Part shown: positions 9,151-20,680 of the stretch, one piece after another
How positions within the stretch are numbered: the stretch's first letter is position 1
Layout: every line of letters begins with the position of its first letter
Source: Gemmatimonadota bacterium
GTDB lineage: Bacteria > Gemmatimonadota > Gemmatimonadetes > Longimicrobiales > Gaopeijiaceae
Length of the DNA stretch: 64,000 nucleotides
Direction: 5' to 3'
Assembly: GCA_034521595.1 (NCBI GenBank)
Contig: JAXHMG010000003.1
Coordinates: 128,001 to 192,000 of the forward strand
Notes under the pieces: generated by a model
Databases searched by the model: none
Told to the model about the DNA's origin: nothing
Seen by the model: only the letters and a program-made list of their open reading frames with translations
Made by a program: the position numbers and the translations under genes

Positions 9151-11021
9151 CGGGGTCCTCCGGAAGCCAACATCAGGGTGATTCCGAGGCGCCGACCCCG
9201 CCGGGGGGCGCCGATCCGGGAGGCGAGGCCCGCGTCGAACAGATCCTCGAGCCGTGCCCGCGCCATCATACCCCGGAACGGTCCGACGTTCGGAAGGGGC
9301 CCGGACAGGGAAAGCGTAACTTCGGCCCCACCCTCCTCCTCCAAGCTCGATCTCGCGCTCCGCAGCCGGGACCGCGCGGTCAGGATCCCGGCGAGGCGGA
9401 CGATTTCGTCGAGGAATACCATGCGGACGGATCCCTCGACGCCGGAGCGTTCCCGCCACCAAGCGAACGGAGAGCCCCATTCCGCGAGGCGCGCGCGGGC
9501 TTGCCCTTCGATTCTGGAAGCCAGGAAATCGCCGGCCCACTTCAGATCGACGTAGCCACCTCCTTCTCGTTCGATGGATCGGTAGGGGACGGGGACCCAG
9601 ATGGGCGTACCCCAGGTCCCCTTGGCGTCGAGTTCCAGCGAACCCGTTCCGACCGACGCTTCCGCCTCGATCACGCTACCGGGATCCGCCGTCGGCGCCG
9701 TACGGTCGCCGTCGAGCCAGCCTCGGGCCAGCAACGCGTTGTAGTCGAGCAGCTCGGGCTCGGAGCGGTAGGCCACGGTGGCATCCGCGTGCCAGCCTCT
9801 CACGGCTCCCTCTACCGAGACTCGGGCAGTGAGATCGTGGCCTGCCGCCAAGCGTGCTCGCAGGGATCCGTATGCTCCGTCCAGGCGTGCGCCGGTGATC
9901 AGGCGACTCCGGGTCAACACGTCGGATCCCAGGGCGAGCCGCTCGTGCTCCGCCCCGAGGGTCGTGCTCCGGCCGACCTCCACGGTGCCCCGCGCGTGCG
10001 AGAGCGGGTCGACGCTTCGCCCGGCGATGGGATCGAGCTGCAGGGAGCGGAAATCGAACCCCAGAGCGCCGTGTCGCATGCGGCCTTCGGCGAGGCGGAG
10101 CTCGGCCGTGCGCTCGGCTCCGAGGTGGGGCAGCCACAGGAATGCCTGTGGGTCGAAGCGGGCGTCGAGACGTGCCATGTGCGCGCTGTCCGGCTCCCAG
10201 CGAACGCCGCCGCCGAGCGAGACCGACACCGGAAAAGAGAGGCCTTCGGCGATCGGGTCGATGCGGTCTCGTGTCGAGGCGTCGGTATGGAGATCGGAGC
10301 GCCACCGCAGCCACCCCTTCCACGGGCCCTCCTCGAGCCAGGCCTGAGCTCCGAGGCCCAGCCGGTCCACGTTCGGACCCGCGCGCTCGCCGTTCCAGGG
10401 ATCGGGATCTCCTCCAGGATTCGCCGCCGTCAGAAGGATTCCCCGGCCGGTGGGCGGAGGGGAGGCGAGGGTAGGGGCGATCCGGGCTCGCGGAACGAGT
10501 GTCCAGGGGACGCCGAAGTCCGGCACGGGCTTCGGGAGCTCCATCCGGGGCGGGGGATCGGTGACGGTCGGATGGGCGAGCGACACCCGAAGGAGCCCTT
10601 CCCGCCGAACCACCCTGTAGTCCGTCCACCGCACGCCGGCTTCCGCGTACAACCGTCGTCTCCACTTCCACCCCGCCGTGAGTTCCCACTGGAGCTCCAT
10701 CTCACGGTCGTTCGTCGCACGAGCGAGCCAGACCCACTCGAATCCCAGTCCTCCGCCGAGGTGAACCCCGCCCGGGAGGCGCCGTCCGACGCGCAGGACG
10801 GGCGTCGCACGGAGCCGTACGTCCTCGTTGCCGGGGCCGAGGCCGCCGAGACCGCCGAATCGCCAACTCCCGACCCCCGTCTCCCAGCGGAGGAGCACGG
10901 ACGGGGTGCGCCCGAGCTCGAATCCGACATGCCAGGCAACGGTATCGGCGGACGCCTGCGCGCCGAGCGTGTGCGGCAGCCCGCAAATGGCGATCGCTCC
11001 GAGGATCCAGGCAACCTTCAA
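9147..11021 (-). CDS. hypothetical exported/outer-membrane protein
   Basis: Long ORF (open to 11105; likely TTG start 11021 before a signal peptide ending LGAQA); Trp/Gly-rich beta-strand pattern; stop overlaps the sirtuin ATG. Confidence 0.55.
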   Translation of the reverse strand: MKVAWILGAIAICGLPHTLGAQASADTVAWHVGFELGRTPSVLLRWETGVGSWRFGGLGGLGPGNEDVRLRATPVLRVGRRLPGGVHLGGGLGFEWVWLARATNDREMELQWELTAGWKWRRRLYAEAGVRWTDYRVVRREGLLRVSLAHPTVTDPPPRMELPKPVPDFGVPWTLVPRARIAPTLASPPPTGRGILLTAANPGGDPDPWNGERAGPNVDRLGLGAQAWLEEGPWKGWLRWRSDLHTDASTRDRIDPIAEGLSFPVSVSLGGGVRWEPDSAHMARLDARFDPQAFLWLPHLGAERTAELRLAEGRMRHGALGFDFRSLQLDPIAGRSVDPLSHARGTVEVGRSTTLGAEHERLALGSDVLTRSRLITGARLDGAYGSLRARLAAGHDLTARVSVEGAVRGWHADATVAYRSEPELLDYNALLARGWLDGDRTAPTADPGSVIEAEASVGTGSLELDAKGTWGTPIWVPVPYRSIEREGGGYVDLKWAGDFLASRIEGQARARLAEWGSPFAWWRERSGVEGSVRMVFLDEIVRLAGILTARSRLRSARSSLEEEGGAEVTLSLSGPLPNVGPFRGMMARARLEDLFDAGLASRIGAPRRGRRLGITLMLASGGPR

Positions 11022-11128
11022 TGGACCACTTCCGGTCGACTTCGGGCCGGGGCGTTGAATTCGGCTTCCTGCCGGGTGAGCTTCATCGACCTTCCGAGCC
11101 TCCAACGTAGGATCACGAGAGCCAGCCC

Positions 11129-12433
11129 ATGCGTCGCAATATCCTGCACGTCGGTGCAGCCAATCTGAAGTACGAGATTCGGGAGATCGTCGCCGCGGCT
11201 CACGAGATCCAGTCGCTGGGTCGCGAGATCACCTGGGAAAACATCGGCGATCCAGTGCACAAGGGGGAGGTCCCCCCGAGATGGATTCGGGACATCGTCT
11301 CGGACCTGGTCCACGGGAGTGAATCGTGGGGATACTGCGACACGCAGGGTGTCCCCGCGGTGCGGGAGTTTCTGGCGGACGAGGTGAACGCCCGCGGCGG
11401 TGTCCAGGTGACCGCGGACGACATCATGTTCTTCAACGGGCTCGGCGACGCGATCGCCAAGGTATACGGCTTCATGCGGCGCGAAGCTCGCATTCTCGGG
11501 CCGTCTCCCGCGTACAGCACCCACTCGTCGGCCGAAGCCGCGCATTCGGGCTACAACCACGTCACCTACGAGCTCGATCCCGCCACCGGTTGGATGCCCG
11601 ACGTCGAAGACATCCGGAACAAGGTGCGGTACAACGACTCGATCGCGGGAATCTTGCTCCTCTCGCCCGACAACCCCACCGGGGCCGTCTATCCTCGAGA
11701 GACGCTCGAAGAGATCGCCGAAATCGCCGCGGAGCACGACATCTTCATCATCGCGGACGAGATCTATGCGAATATCGTGTATAACGGGCAGCCCGTGCTG
11801 CACATGAGCGAGTGGATCGGGGACGTGCCGGCGCTCGCCATGCGCGGCATCAGCAAGGAGTATCCGTGGCCCGGGGCGCGTTGTGGTTGGCTCGAGGTCT
11901 TGAACAAGCCCAAGGATCGGAGCTTCGCGCGTTACGTCGACAGCCTGTTGGCCGCGAAGCGGTTGGAGGTGTCTTCGACCACCCTTCCGCAGCTCTCCAT
12001 CCCCCCCGTGATGGGGGACGCCCGCTACCAGGACCACCTGGAGGGGCGCCGTCGTATGTTCGCGGAGCGTGCCGACGAGATGATGGCGGCCTTCGAGGGG
12101 TGCGAGCACGTGACGGTGAACAAGCCGGGTGGCGCGTTCTACTTCACGGTCATGTTCGATGAGGGAGCGTTGAACGGTTCCCAGACGCTGCCTATCGAAG
12201 ATCCCGAGATCCGAGCCGCGGTGGAGCGCATGGTCGAGGGCGTCGAGCCCGACAAGCGCTTCGTGTACTACCTGATGGGAGCCACGGGAATCGTGGTCGT
12301 GCCCTTGACCGGCTTTCAAAGCAACCACCGGGGGTTCCGCGCGACCCTTCTGGAAACCGACGACGAGAAGCGGGCCTGGGTCTACCGGTCCCTTCGGGAA
12401 GCGATCGATACCTACGTGTCGAGTGGAGCATAG
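11129..12433 (+). CDS. PLP-dependent aminotransferase class I/II (AlaA-like)
   Basis: YEIR, NIGDP, PDNPTG, DEIY, GISKEYPWPGARCGW, PGGAFY. Confidence 0.9.
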   Translation: MRRNILHVGAANLKYEIREIVAAAHEIQSLGREITWENIGDPVHKGEVPPRWIRDIVSDLVHGSESWGYCDTQGVPAVREFLADEVNARGGVQVTADDIMFFNGLGDAIAKVYGFMRREARILGPSPAYSTHSSAEAAHSGYNHVTYELDPATGWMPDVEDIRNKVRYNDSIAGILLLSPDNPTGAVYPRETLEEIAEIAAEHDIFIIADEIYANIVYNGQPVLHMSEWIGDVPALAMRGISKEYPWPGARCGWLEVLNKPKDRSFARYVDSLLAAKRLEVSSTTLPQLSIPPVMGDARYQDHLEGRRRMFAERADEMMAAFEGCEHVTVNKPGGAFYFTVMFDEGALNGSQTLPIEDPEIRAAVERMVEGVEPDKRFVYYLMGATGIVVVPLTGFQSNHRGFRATLLETDDEKRAWVYRSLREAIDTYVSSGA

Positions 12434-12450
12434 ACCGACGGTCGTCGCGC

Positions 12451-12885
12451 TCAGCGTTCCTGGGCGATCGTGAGCTTGAATCCGTCCGGATCGACCACCG
12501 TGAACGCGCGCGCCCCCCACGGCATGTCGGCCGGGCCCTCGTGGAGATCACCGCCGCGTTCCCGGACATTCGCGGCCAGACGGTCGATGTCTTGAGCGGT
12601 GCTGACGTGGAGGCGCATGCCCTGGCCCTTGATCCGGCCCGTTCCCTGCTCGCCGTCGTCCTGGGTCAGAAGGAGCGTGACGGAACCCGCGACCAGCGCT
12701 GCGCCCACGCGTCGTCCTTCGTGCTCCCATATCTCGTCCACGACGCAGCCGAGAATGTCCTTGTAGAACTTCAAGCTTTCATTGATGTCGTCGACCGTCA
12801 GTGAAGGCGTGACTCGCCGAAGTCGAAGCGTCTCGGGAGTGCTCCGTCGCGGCTGATCCTCTGTCGGGGTCTCGTCTGAGCTCAT
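12451..12885 (-). CDS. VOC/glyoxalase family protein
   Basis: FYKDILG and GPADMPWGARAFTVVDPDG motifs; SD GGAGGTG. Confidence 0.88.
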   Translation of the reverse strand: MSSDETPTEDQPRRSTPETLRLRRVTPSLTVDDINESLKFYKDILGCVVDEIWEHEGRRVGAALVAGSVTLLLTQDDGEQGTGRIKGQGMRLHVSTAQDIDRLAANVRERGGDLHEGPADMPWGARAFTVVDPDGFKLTIAQER

Positions 12886-12976
12886 CTTCACCTCCATCGT
12901 TGCAGCGGGTGGCGCGAAGGACGCGTCAGGGCAAGATAGGGCGGATAGCGGTTTGTCGCGCGCCCCCGCTCGCGCC

Positions 12977-13519
12977 TCAGTGGCTCGACGAGCCTCCGTC
13001 GGGACGATGAGACCAGTGGATGAACCCGACCATGGCTATGGACGTAGCCAAATTCCCCACCGCGATCCAAGGGAAACCGACCACGGCCACTACCCCCGGG
13101 GATAGCGTCAGGCCGCCGATCGCGAATCCTCCCGTGAGCACCGCGAAGGTGAACGCTACGAGAAAGACCGGCTTGCGTGTGTACGCTCCGAGGGCGCGGT
13201 AGAGCCAAGCCAACCCGGCCCCGGTCGCGAGGAAGGCGAGGAAGTGGATGATGGTGAAGTATGCCACCATGTTCAGCTGAATCTCCGCAGCCGCGGAGGC
13301 CGATGCATCCGTGAACACTACGGTACCGATCAGCGACGGGGTGAAGAGTGGCTGGCGCGCCAGGGAATCGACCCCCAGGAAGAAGATGGCCAACAGGCTG
13401 CCGCCGATGGCCGCACTGTAGAAGGTATCGTAAAGGAAGTCCGCCGTGGATCCACCTTGGCTGGTCGTAGGGGCGGGGCGCGTGGGGCCCGCGCCCGTGT
13501 TGGCCGCTGCTTCCGTCAT
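12977..13519 (-). CDS. hypothetical membrane protein (about 4 TM)
   Basis: Hydrophobic helices; PLFTPSLIG and YFTIIHF segments. Confidence 0.65.
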   Translation of the reverse strand: MTEAAANTGAGPTRPAPTTSQGGSTADFLYDTFYSAAIGGSLLAIFFLGVDSLARQPLFTPSLIGTVVFTDASASAAAEIQLNMVAYFTIIHFLAFLATGAGLAWLYRALGAYTRKPVFLVAFTFAVLTGGFAIGGLTLSPGVVAVVGFPWIAVGNLATSIAMVGFIHWSHRPDGGSSSH

Positions 13520-13628
13520 GCGATCTCTCCGTTCCTTGTCCAATGGCTGTCGACCTCGCCTACCATACCCGCTAAGGCTCTCCTGTTGTTCCGGAGCGCG
13601 CGAGTGCTACGGGCTTCCGCGGGGCCGG

Positions 13629-14669
13629 CTACGTTCCGAATCCGGCTTCGCGGCGGACCCGGGGCGCGACCTCCGTGCCGAGCAACTCGATCGCTCGGAG
13701 CACCTGGTCGTGGGGCAGGGTGCCCACCGTCAGTTGGAGCAAGCAGCGGTCGTGTCCGAAGAGCTCGCGCTGGAAGAGGATCTTCTCCACGATCTGATCC
13801 GGAGCCCCGACGAAGTTGGCACCCCTCAGTCGGGCCTCCGCCTCGAACTGGGCGCGGGTGGGTGGGGGCCAGCCGCGCTCACGTCCGATCCGCCCCATGG
13901 TGTCTTCGAACGCGGGGAAGGCCAACTCCATCGCGTCGTCTGCTTCGTCCGCGATGAATCCGTGCGCGTTGATGCTCACCGGGAGTGACGCGGCGTCGTG
14001 ACCGGCTCGGTCGGCTGCCTCGCGGTACAACTCCACCATCGGACGAAAGCGCTCCGGCGCGCCCCCGATGATGGCTAGCGCCATGGGAAGGCCGAGGGTT
14101 CCGGCCCGGATCACGGATTGCGGGTTGCCGCCGACGGCGATCCACACGGGCAGGGGCCGTTGCTCCGGCTGCGGGTACACGGCGCGGTCGGGGATGGAGG
14201 GGCGGAAGTGCCCCTGCCAGCTGATGCGTTCCTCGTCGCGGAGCCGCATCAGGAGGTCGAGCTTTTCCCCGAAGAGCGCGTCATAGTCTCCCAGGTCGTA
14301 TCCGAACAGCGGAAACGACTCGGTGAACGATCCTCTCCCCACCATGATCTCCGCACGGCCCGACGACAGCAGGTCGAGCGTGCTGAATTGCTGGAAGACC
14401 CGCACCGGGTCGTCCGAGCTGAGCACCGAGACGGCGCTCGTGAGCCGGATGTGGTGTGTCTTCGCCGCCGCGGCCGCTAGCACCACCGACGGCGCGGAGA
14501 CCGCGTAGTCGGGCCGGTGGTGCTCTCCGACACCGAAGACGTCGAGTCCGACCTGGTCGGCGAGCTCGATCTCCTCGACGAGATGGCGGAGCCGGGTGCC
14601 CGGGTCGAGCTGACGGCCCGTCTCGGGATCGAAGGCGGTCTCGCCGAAGCTGTAGATGCCGATTTCCAT
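13629..14669 (-). CDS. LLM-class flavin-dependent oxidoreductase
   Basis: [37 protein letters not shown]. Confidence 0.93.
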   Translation of the reverse strand: MEIGIYSFGETAFDPETGRQLDPGTRLRHLVEEIELADQVGLDVFGVGEHHRPDYAVSAPSVVLAAAAAKTHHIRLTSAVSVLSSDDPVRVFQQFSTLDLLSSGRAEIMVGRGSFTESFPLFGYDLGDYDALFGEKLDLLMRLRDEERISWQGHFRPSIPDRAVYPQPEQRPLPVWIAVGGNPQSVIRAGTLGLPMALAIIGGAPERFRPMVELYREAADRAGHDAASLPVSINAHGFIADEADDAMELAFPAFEDTMGRIGRERGWPPPTRAQFEAEARLRGANFVGAPDQIVEKILFQRELFGHDRCLLQLTVGTLPHDQVLRAIELLGTEVAPRVRREAGFGT

Positions 14670-15092
14670 GGGTGTGGTGCTCTAGTCTCCTACGGCCAGG
14701 GTGGGGGGAGCACCTAACGGTGCCCACTGGCGGCTCGACCATCGTCCGCAAAGATGACACTCGTCATGGCCGGTTAGTGCACACTGTACATCCGATGCTC
14801 CTCGTTCGGAGCCCCGGCCGATCCAACCGGTGTTCTCCGCGGGCGTCCCTGACCGTGGGCAGGTCCGTCCCATCTCGGTGATCCGAACGGCCTCTCCGGG
14901 CTCGACGCGCACGGGCGTACTCGCCCAGGATGTCGAAGATCATTGCGGTCTCGCCAGTCGCTGGATCCAGGCGCCCGGAACCCTCGTTGCGTGCGGGAGT
15001 AGCTTGTTCCACGACGGACATTAGGCTCCGGCCCCTCCCACTGGTTGGCGAGCTCGGCCGTTCAACGGATTCCAACTCAGGACGATCGATCT

Positions 15093-15587
15093 ATGGCGAG
15101 GACATCTCTCGTGCCCGGGGCGCTGATGACCCTGGCGTTCCTTGCGGCGTGCTCTTCGGGGACACAGGCGCCCGCCGAGTCTCCCGAGCCCGCTCCCGCG
15201 GAAGAGCCCGCCGAGACTGCGGCGGCCGATCCGGCGCCCGAGGAGGAGACCGACGAAGAGCCCACTACGCTCGACGGCGTCTATACGGTGGCGCAGGCGG
15301 AGCGAGGCGAGGAAGTCTACGAAGAGCTCTGCTCCGAGTGTCACGATAGCGAGGATTGGACCGAGGGGGCGTTCCTGGGCCGTTGGGCCGATCAGTCGAC
15401 GTTCCAACTATGGTACTATATCAACGACCGGATGCCCTACGACAATCCGTGGAGCCTCTCGCGGCAGCAGGTGACGGATGTCCTCACGTATATCTTGCAC
15501 CTCAACGATCTCCCGACGGGAGAGGACGAGCTCGGCACGACCGACGACGACATCGATCAATATTGGATCGTGTGGGACCGTCAATGA
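15093..15587 (+). CDS. c-type cytochrome lipoprotein
   Basis: Lipobox LAAC; GVYTxAQAxRG; CSECH haem motif; axial MP in RMPYDNP. Confidence 0.88.
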   Translation: MARTSLVPGALMTLAFLAACSSGTQAPAESPEPAPAEEPAETAAADPAPEEETDEEPTTLDGVYTVAQAERGEEVYEELCSECHDSEDWTEGAFLGRWADQSTFQLWYYINDRMPYDNPWSLSRQQVTDVLTYILHLNDLPTGEDELGTTDDDIDQYWIVWDRQ

Positions 15588-15611
15588 TGACCGAGGCCTC
15601 CCGAGACGCTC

Positions 15612-16750
<1,139 letters not shown>

Positions 16751-16754
<4 letters not shown>

Positions 16755-17269
16755 TCGAGCTCGGCCGTCATCGAGGCGTCGGCCTGTTCGCGATGGTACG
16801 TCGCGAGGTGGTCGCGTAGCGCGGGATCGTGCGTCGCGAGGATTCGGACCGCGAGCAGTGCCGCGTTGCGGGCTCCTGATTCCCCGATCGCGAGGGTGCC
16901 TACGGGCACGCCTCCGGGCATCTGGACGATCGAGTAGAGGGAGTCCACGCCCTTGAGCTTTCGGCTCTCGACCGGGACGCCGAGCACGGGGAGGAGGGTC
17001 CACGCCGCGAGCATTCCCGGAAGGTGCGCGGCGCCTCCCGCGCCAGCGATGATGATTTCGAGTCCGCGGTCCGCCGCGCTTTCGGCATAGGCGCGTAAGC
17101 GGTCGGGCGTGCGGTGTGCCGAGACGACTCCGTACTCGTGCGGCACGCCGAACGAGCGGAGGACGTCCGTCGTGGCACGCATGGTCGGCCAGTCGGATGC
17201 GCTGCCGAAGACGACGCCGATTTTGGGGCTCGGGTCGCCGTGGAGGTGGGGAATTCCCGCGCCTGCCAT
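16751..17269 (-). CDS. purE: N5-CAIR mutase
   Basis: GSx[31 protein letters not shown]. Confidence 0.97.
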
Positions 17270-17566
17270 GGTGATGTCCTTTGCGGAAGGTCTCGAGCTC
17301 GCCCGCCGCCGGTCGAGCCCGGGGAGATGCGCCCGGATCGAGTTTCATCGGCCCGTGGCGTTTTCGAGGACGATCTCCGGTCCTCCAGCCACGGGCGGTG
17401 AACCGAGGAAGAATGATAACCCGGTGGCCGCGTGCACACCCCCCCGGGCCGCTCGGCCTCGGATGAGCGTGCCGCTCGCCTTTGCGCGATGGCTCGAGCG
17501 GCTAGCTTTGTCTCCCTCGCAGCCATCCCCGACCCGGTATGCCGGGCCGTCAGACATACCAGATCC

Positions 17567-20077
17567 ATGAATCCATCTTCGACCTCTTTCCGTGTCCTCA
17601 AGTTCGGCGGCAGCTCCGTTGCTGATGCCGACCGCATCCGCAACGTCGTGGATATCGTACGCGCCGAGTCCGCCGAGGCCCCCGACACTCGCTTCGTGAC
17701 GGTGGTATCCGCGCTCGGAGGCGTGACCGAAGCTTTGGCCGGGGCTGCCCGCTCGGCCGTGGACGGTGGCGGGAACCACGAGGCAGCGCTCGACGTGGTG
17801 GCAGATCGTCACGAAGCCGTTCTCGAGGCGCTGGCTCCGCCGGCCGAACGCGACGAGCTCCGGGCTGTCATCGCCGAATGGACCAACCGGACACGCGAAG
17901 TTCTGAGCGGGATATCGCTCGTCAACGAGTACACGCCACGGATGCTCGACCGTGTGCTCGCCTTGGGCGAGCGTGTGGCGAGCGAGTTGGTCGCCGCGGC
18001 CTTCCGGAAGGCGGGGCTGCCCGCGGTAGCGTTGGACGCGCGCGATCTACTCGTCACGGACGACCATTTCGGCCAGGCTCAGGTGGATCTGGCTCGTTCC
18101 ACGCCCCGCGTTCGCGAGGGCATCGCGGAAACGGCGGAGCTCGTCGTGTTGCCCGGGTTCATCGCCGCCACGGAGGGCGGAGAGACGACGACCCTGGGCC
18201 GGGGTGGATCCGACTTCACGGCTTCTCTGGTCGGCGTGATGCTCGGAGCGGATCGCGTGGAGATCTGGACGGACGTCGACGGTGTGATGAGCGCCGACCC
18301 GCGCCTCGTGCCGGAGGCTTTTTCCCTCGAGGCGCTGAGCTATCAGGAGCTTCTCGAGCTCTCCCATTTCGGTGCCAAGGTCATCTACGCGCCGTCGGTG
18401 CACCCGGCTAGGGAGCACGGGATCCCCCTTTTGATCCGGAACAGCCGTCGCCCCGAGTTTCCGGGTACCTGGGTGGGCTCGCCCGACGTACCCGTCGACG
18501 ACCGGCCCGTACGAGGCATCTCGTCCATCCAGCGGGTGGCACTGATCCGGCTCGAGGGTGACGGCATGGTCGGTGTCCCGGGGGTCGCCGGTCGACTCTT
18601 CCATGCCCTCGCGGCTCGTGGTGTCAGCGTGATCCTGATCAGCCAGGCCTCGAGTGAGCACTCGATCTGCTTCGCCGTCGAACCGGGCGACCTGCCGGTG
18701 GCGCGGCGAGCGGTCGAGGAGGAGTTCGCGCTGGAGCGAAGGGTCGGACTCGTCGACGATCTGGCGGTGGACGAGGACCGGGCCGTCATCGCGGCGGTGG
18801 GTGAGGGTATGCGGGACACGCCCGGAATCGCCGGTCGCCTCTTTTCGATCCTGGGGGACATGGGCGTCAACGTTCACGCCATCGCGCAGGGTTCGTCCGA
18901 GTTGAACATTTCGTTGGTCGTGGAGCGCGACGACGTGGGGAGGGCCCTCCGTGGGCTCCATACAGCCTTCTTTCCAACCCCGAGAACGGAGGCCCGTCTC
19001 TACCTCGCGGGTGTCGGTGGGGTCGGGCGGGCGCTTCTCATGCAGCTGGACCGGATGGCGGGGCGTCTCGAGGAAGAGCGAGGCATCGCGCTTCGCCTCG
19101 CGGGCGTCGCGAACTCGAGCCGGAGCTTGCGGTCTCTCGATGGGATCCCGTTCGCGGAGGCCGTGGACCGACTCGCCGAATCGAGCGCTCCCGCGACGGC
19201 CCTCGTCGACGCGGCCCGCTCCGACCGTGCTGCCCTCCGCGTGTTCGTCGATTGCACGGCGGACGCCAACCTGCCGAACGCCTACCGTGACCTCCTCGAC
19301 GCCGGCGTCTCGGTGGTAGCGGCCAACAAGCGGGGCTTCTCGGGCACGCAGGCCGACTATCGACGCATTCGGGAGCTTCGCCCCGGCCGCGCACGGGCGT
19401 TTCTGGAAACCACGGTCGGCGCCGCCCTGCCCGTGCTCTCGACCCTCGAAGACCTACGTGCCACCGGGGACCGCATCGTCGCCATCGAAGGCGTTCTCTC
19501 CGGCACCCTCTCCTTTCTCTTCAACGAGATCATGACTGGTCGGCGCTTCAGCGAGGTCGTCCGTGAAGCGAGGGACCGCGGGTACACCGAGCCCGATCCC
19601 CGGGACGATCTCTCCGGTCAGGACGTGCTCCGCAAGCTCGTGATTCTCGCCCGGGAATCGGGATGGGAGATCGAGCCCGAAGAGGTGCGGCTCGAGCCTA
19701 TCTTGCCTGGAGAAGGCTGGGACGAGGGGTCGGTGGAAACATTCATGGAGCGGTTGCCGGAGGTAGACGGCTACTTCGAGGACATGCGTGAGAAGGCGCT
19801 CGATGAAGGCCGCCGGTTGTGCCATCTCGGCGCGGTGGGCGAAGATGCCGCCAGGGTCTGGGTTGGCGACGTGGGATCGGACCATCCGTGCTACGGGCTC
19901 CGAGGGGCGGACAACCTCATCGCCCTCCGCACACGGCGGTATCCCGATCCGCTCGTCGTCCGGGGTCCCGGCGCGGGGCACGACGTGACGGCCGCCGGTG
20001 TATTCGCGGATTGCGTGCGGGCGACTCTTGCGCGTCCGTCCGGTCGATGGATCGTGGACGTCGACGACGACGGTTGA
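17567..20077 (+). CDS. thrA: bifunctional aspartokinase/homoserine dehydrogenase
   Basis: VLKFGGSS, TLGRGGSD, WTDVDG, two ACT domains, GVGGVG, ANK, ETTVGA, TEPDPRDDLSG, GPGAG. Confidence 0.95.
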   Translation: MNPSSTSFRVLKFGGSSVADADRIRNVVDIVRAESAEAPDTRFVTVVSALGGVTEALAGAARSAVDGGGNHEAALDVVADRHEAVLEALAPPAERDELRAVIAEWTNRTREVLSGISLVNEYTPRMLDRVLALGERVASELVAAAFRKAGLPAVALDARDLLVTDDHFGQAQVDLARSTPRVREGIAETAELVVLPGFIAATEGGETTTLGRGGSDFTASLVGVMLGADRVEIWTDVDGVMSADPRLVPEAFSLEALSYQELLELSHFGAKVIYAPSVHPAREHGIPLLIRNSRRPEFPGTWVGSPDVPVDDRPVRGISSIQRVALIRLEGDGMVGVPGVAGRLFHALAARGVSVILISQASSEHSICFAVEPGDLPVARRAVEEEFALERRVGLVDDLAVDEDRAVIAAVGEGMRDTPGIAGRLFSILGDMGVNVHAIAQGSSELNISLVVERDDVGRALRGLHTAFFPTPRTEARLYLAGVGGVGRALLMQLDRMAGRLEEERGIALRLAGVANSSRSLRSLDGIPFAEAVDRLAESSAPATALVDAARSDRAALRVFVDCTADANLPNAYRDLLDAGVSVVAANKRGFSGTQADYRRIRELRPGRARAFLETTVGAALPVLSTLEDLRATGDRIVAIEGVLSGTLSFLFNEIMTGRRFSEVVREARDRGYTEPDPRDDLSGQDVLRKLVILARESGWEIEPEEVRLEPILPGEGWDEGSVETFMERLPEVDGYFEDMREKALDEGRRLCHLGAVGEDAARVWVGDVGSDHPCYGLRGADNLIALRTRRYPDPLVVRGPGAGHDVTAAGVFADCVRATLARPSGRWIVDVDDDG

Positions 20078-20116
20078 CGTCTGGCGCGTGCTGCTGACAG
20101 GAACGGGAGGAGTGCA

Positions 20117-20662
20117 ATGCGATCCGGCTGCCGACACGACCTCGGTCTGATTCCAGGGCCGCCCGGGCTCGTTTTCCTCGCCCTGGTTTTGACCCTGGTG
20201 CCCGCCGGGTGCTCGGATCCCGAGCCTCGAAGTCTCGATTCCCTGGTCGAGCGGGACGGCAGGTATCTGGACCCGGACGGGTTCCAACCGTACAGCGGGC
20301 CCGTAGTGTCGATGTATCCTGATGAGCCGGACGCGGTGGAGATGACGGCTCGACTCCGGGATGGTGTGTTCGATGGGCCGTACGAGCGGTTCTACCGGGA
20401 TGGCTCGCTCTTCGGGCACGGCCGATATCGAGACGGGGTCTGGCACGGTCCTTTCGAATCCTTCTACGAGGACGGAAGCCCGTGGATGCGGGGTCGCTAC
20501 GAGGACGGCGTGCTCGACGGGCCGTACGTGGCATACTCCGAAGACGGATCGGTCGAGGAGGAGGGCACGTATGCTGACGGCGAGCCCTGCGGCCTCTGGG
20601 AGCGGGACGGGCGTGAGGAGAGCCACCCTCCGTGCCCCACGGACACGGACCCGGACGGCTGA
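20117..20662 (+). CDS. MORN-variant repeat (YwqK-like) lipoprotein
   Basis: Lipobox-like PAGC; repeats of GxYxDGVxDGPxxxFYxDGS. Confidence 0.8.
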   Translation: MRSGCRHDLGLIPGPPGLVFLALVLTLVPAGCSDPEPRSLDSLVERDGRYLDPDGFQPYSGPVVSMYPDEPDAVEMTARLRDGVFDGPYERFYRDGSLFGHGRYRDGVWHGPFESFYEDGSPWMRGRYEDGVLDGPYVAYSEDGSVEEEGTYADGEPCGLWERDGREESHPPCPTDTDPDG

Positions 20663-20680
20663 CGCGGATGCCGGGGGCTA

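Noticed and set aside
17340-17420. Fluoride- or ZTP-riboswitch-like look of the purE leader
   Set aside because: No GAUGG 5' element or pseudoknot, and no ZTP consensus; kept only as an unexplained hairpin
17413-17566. thr attenuator before thrA
   Set aside because: The short ORF MITRWP.. has no Thr/Ile run and there is no U-tailed terminator
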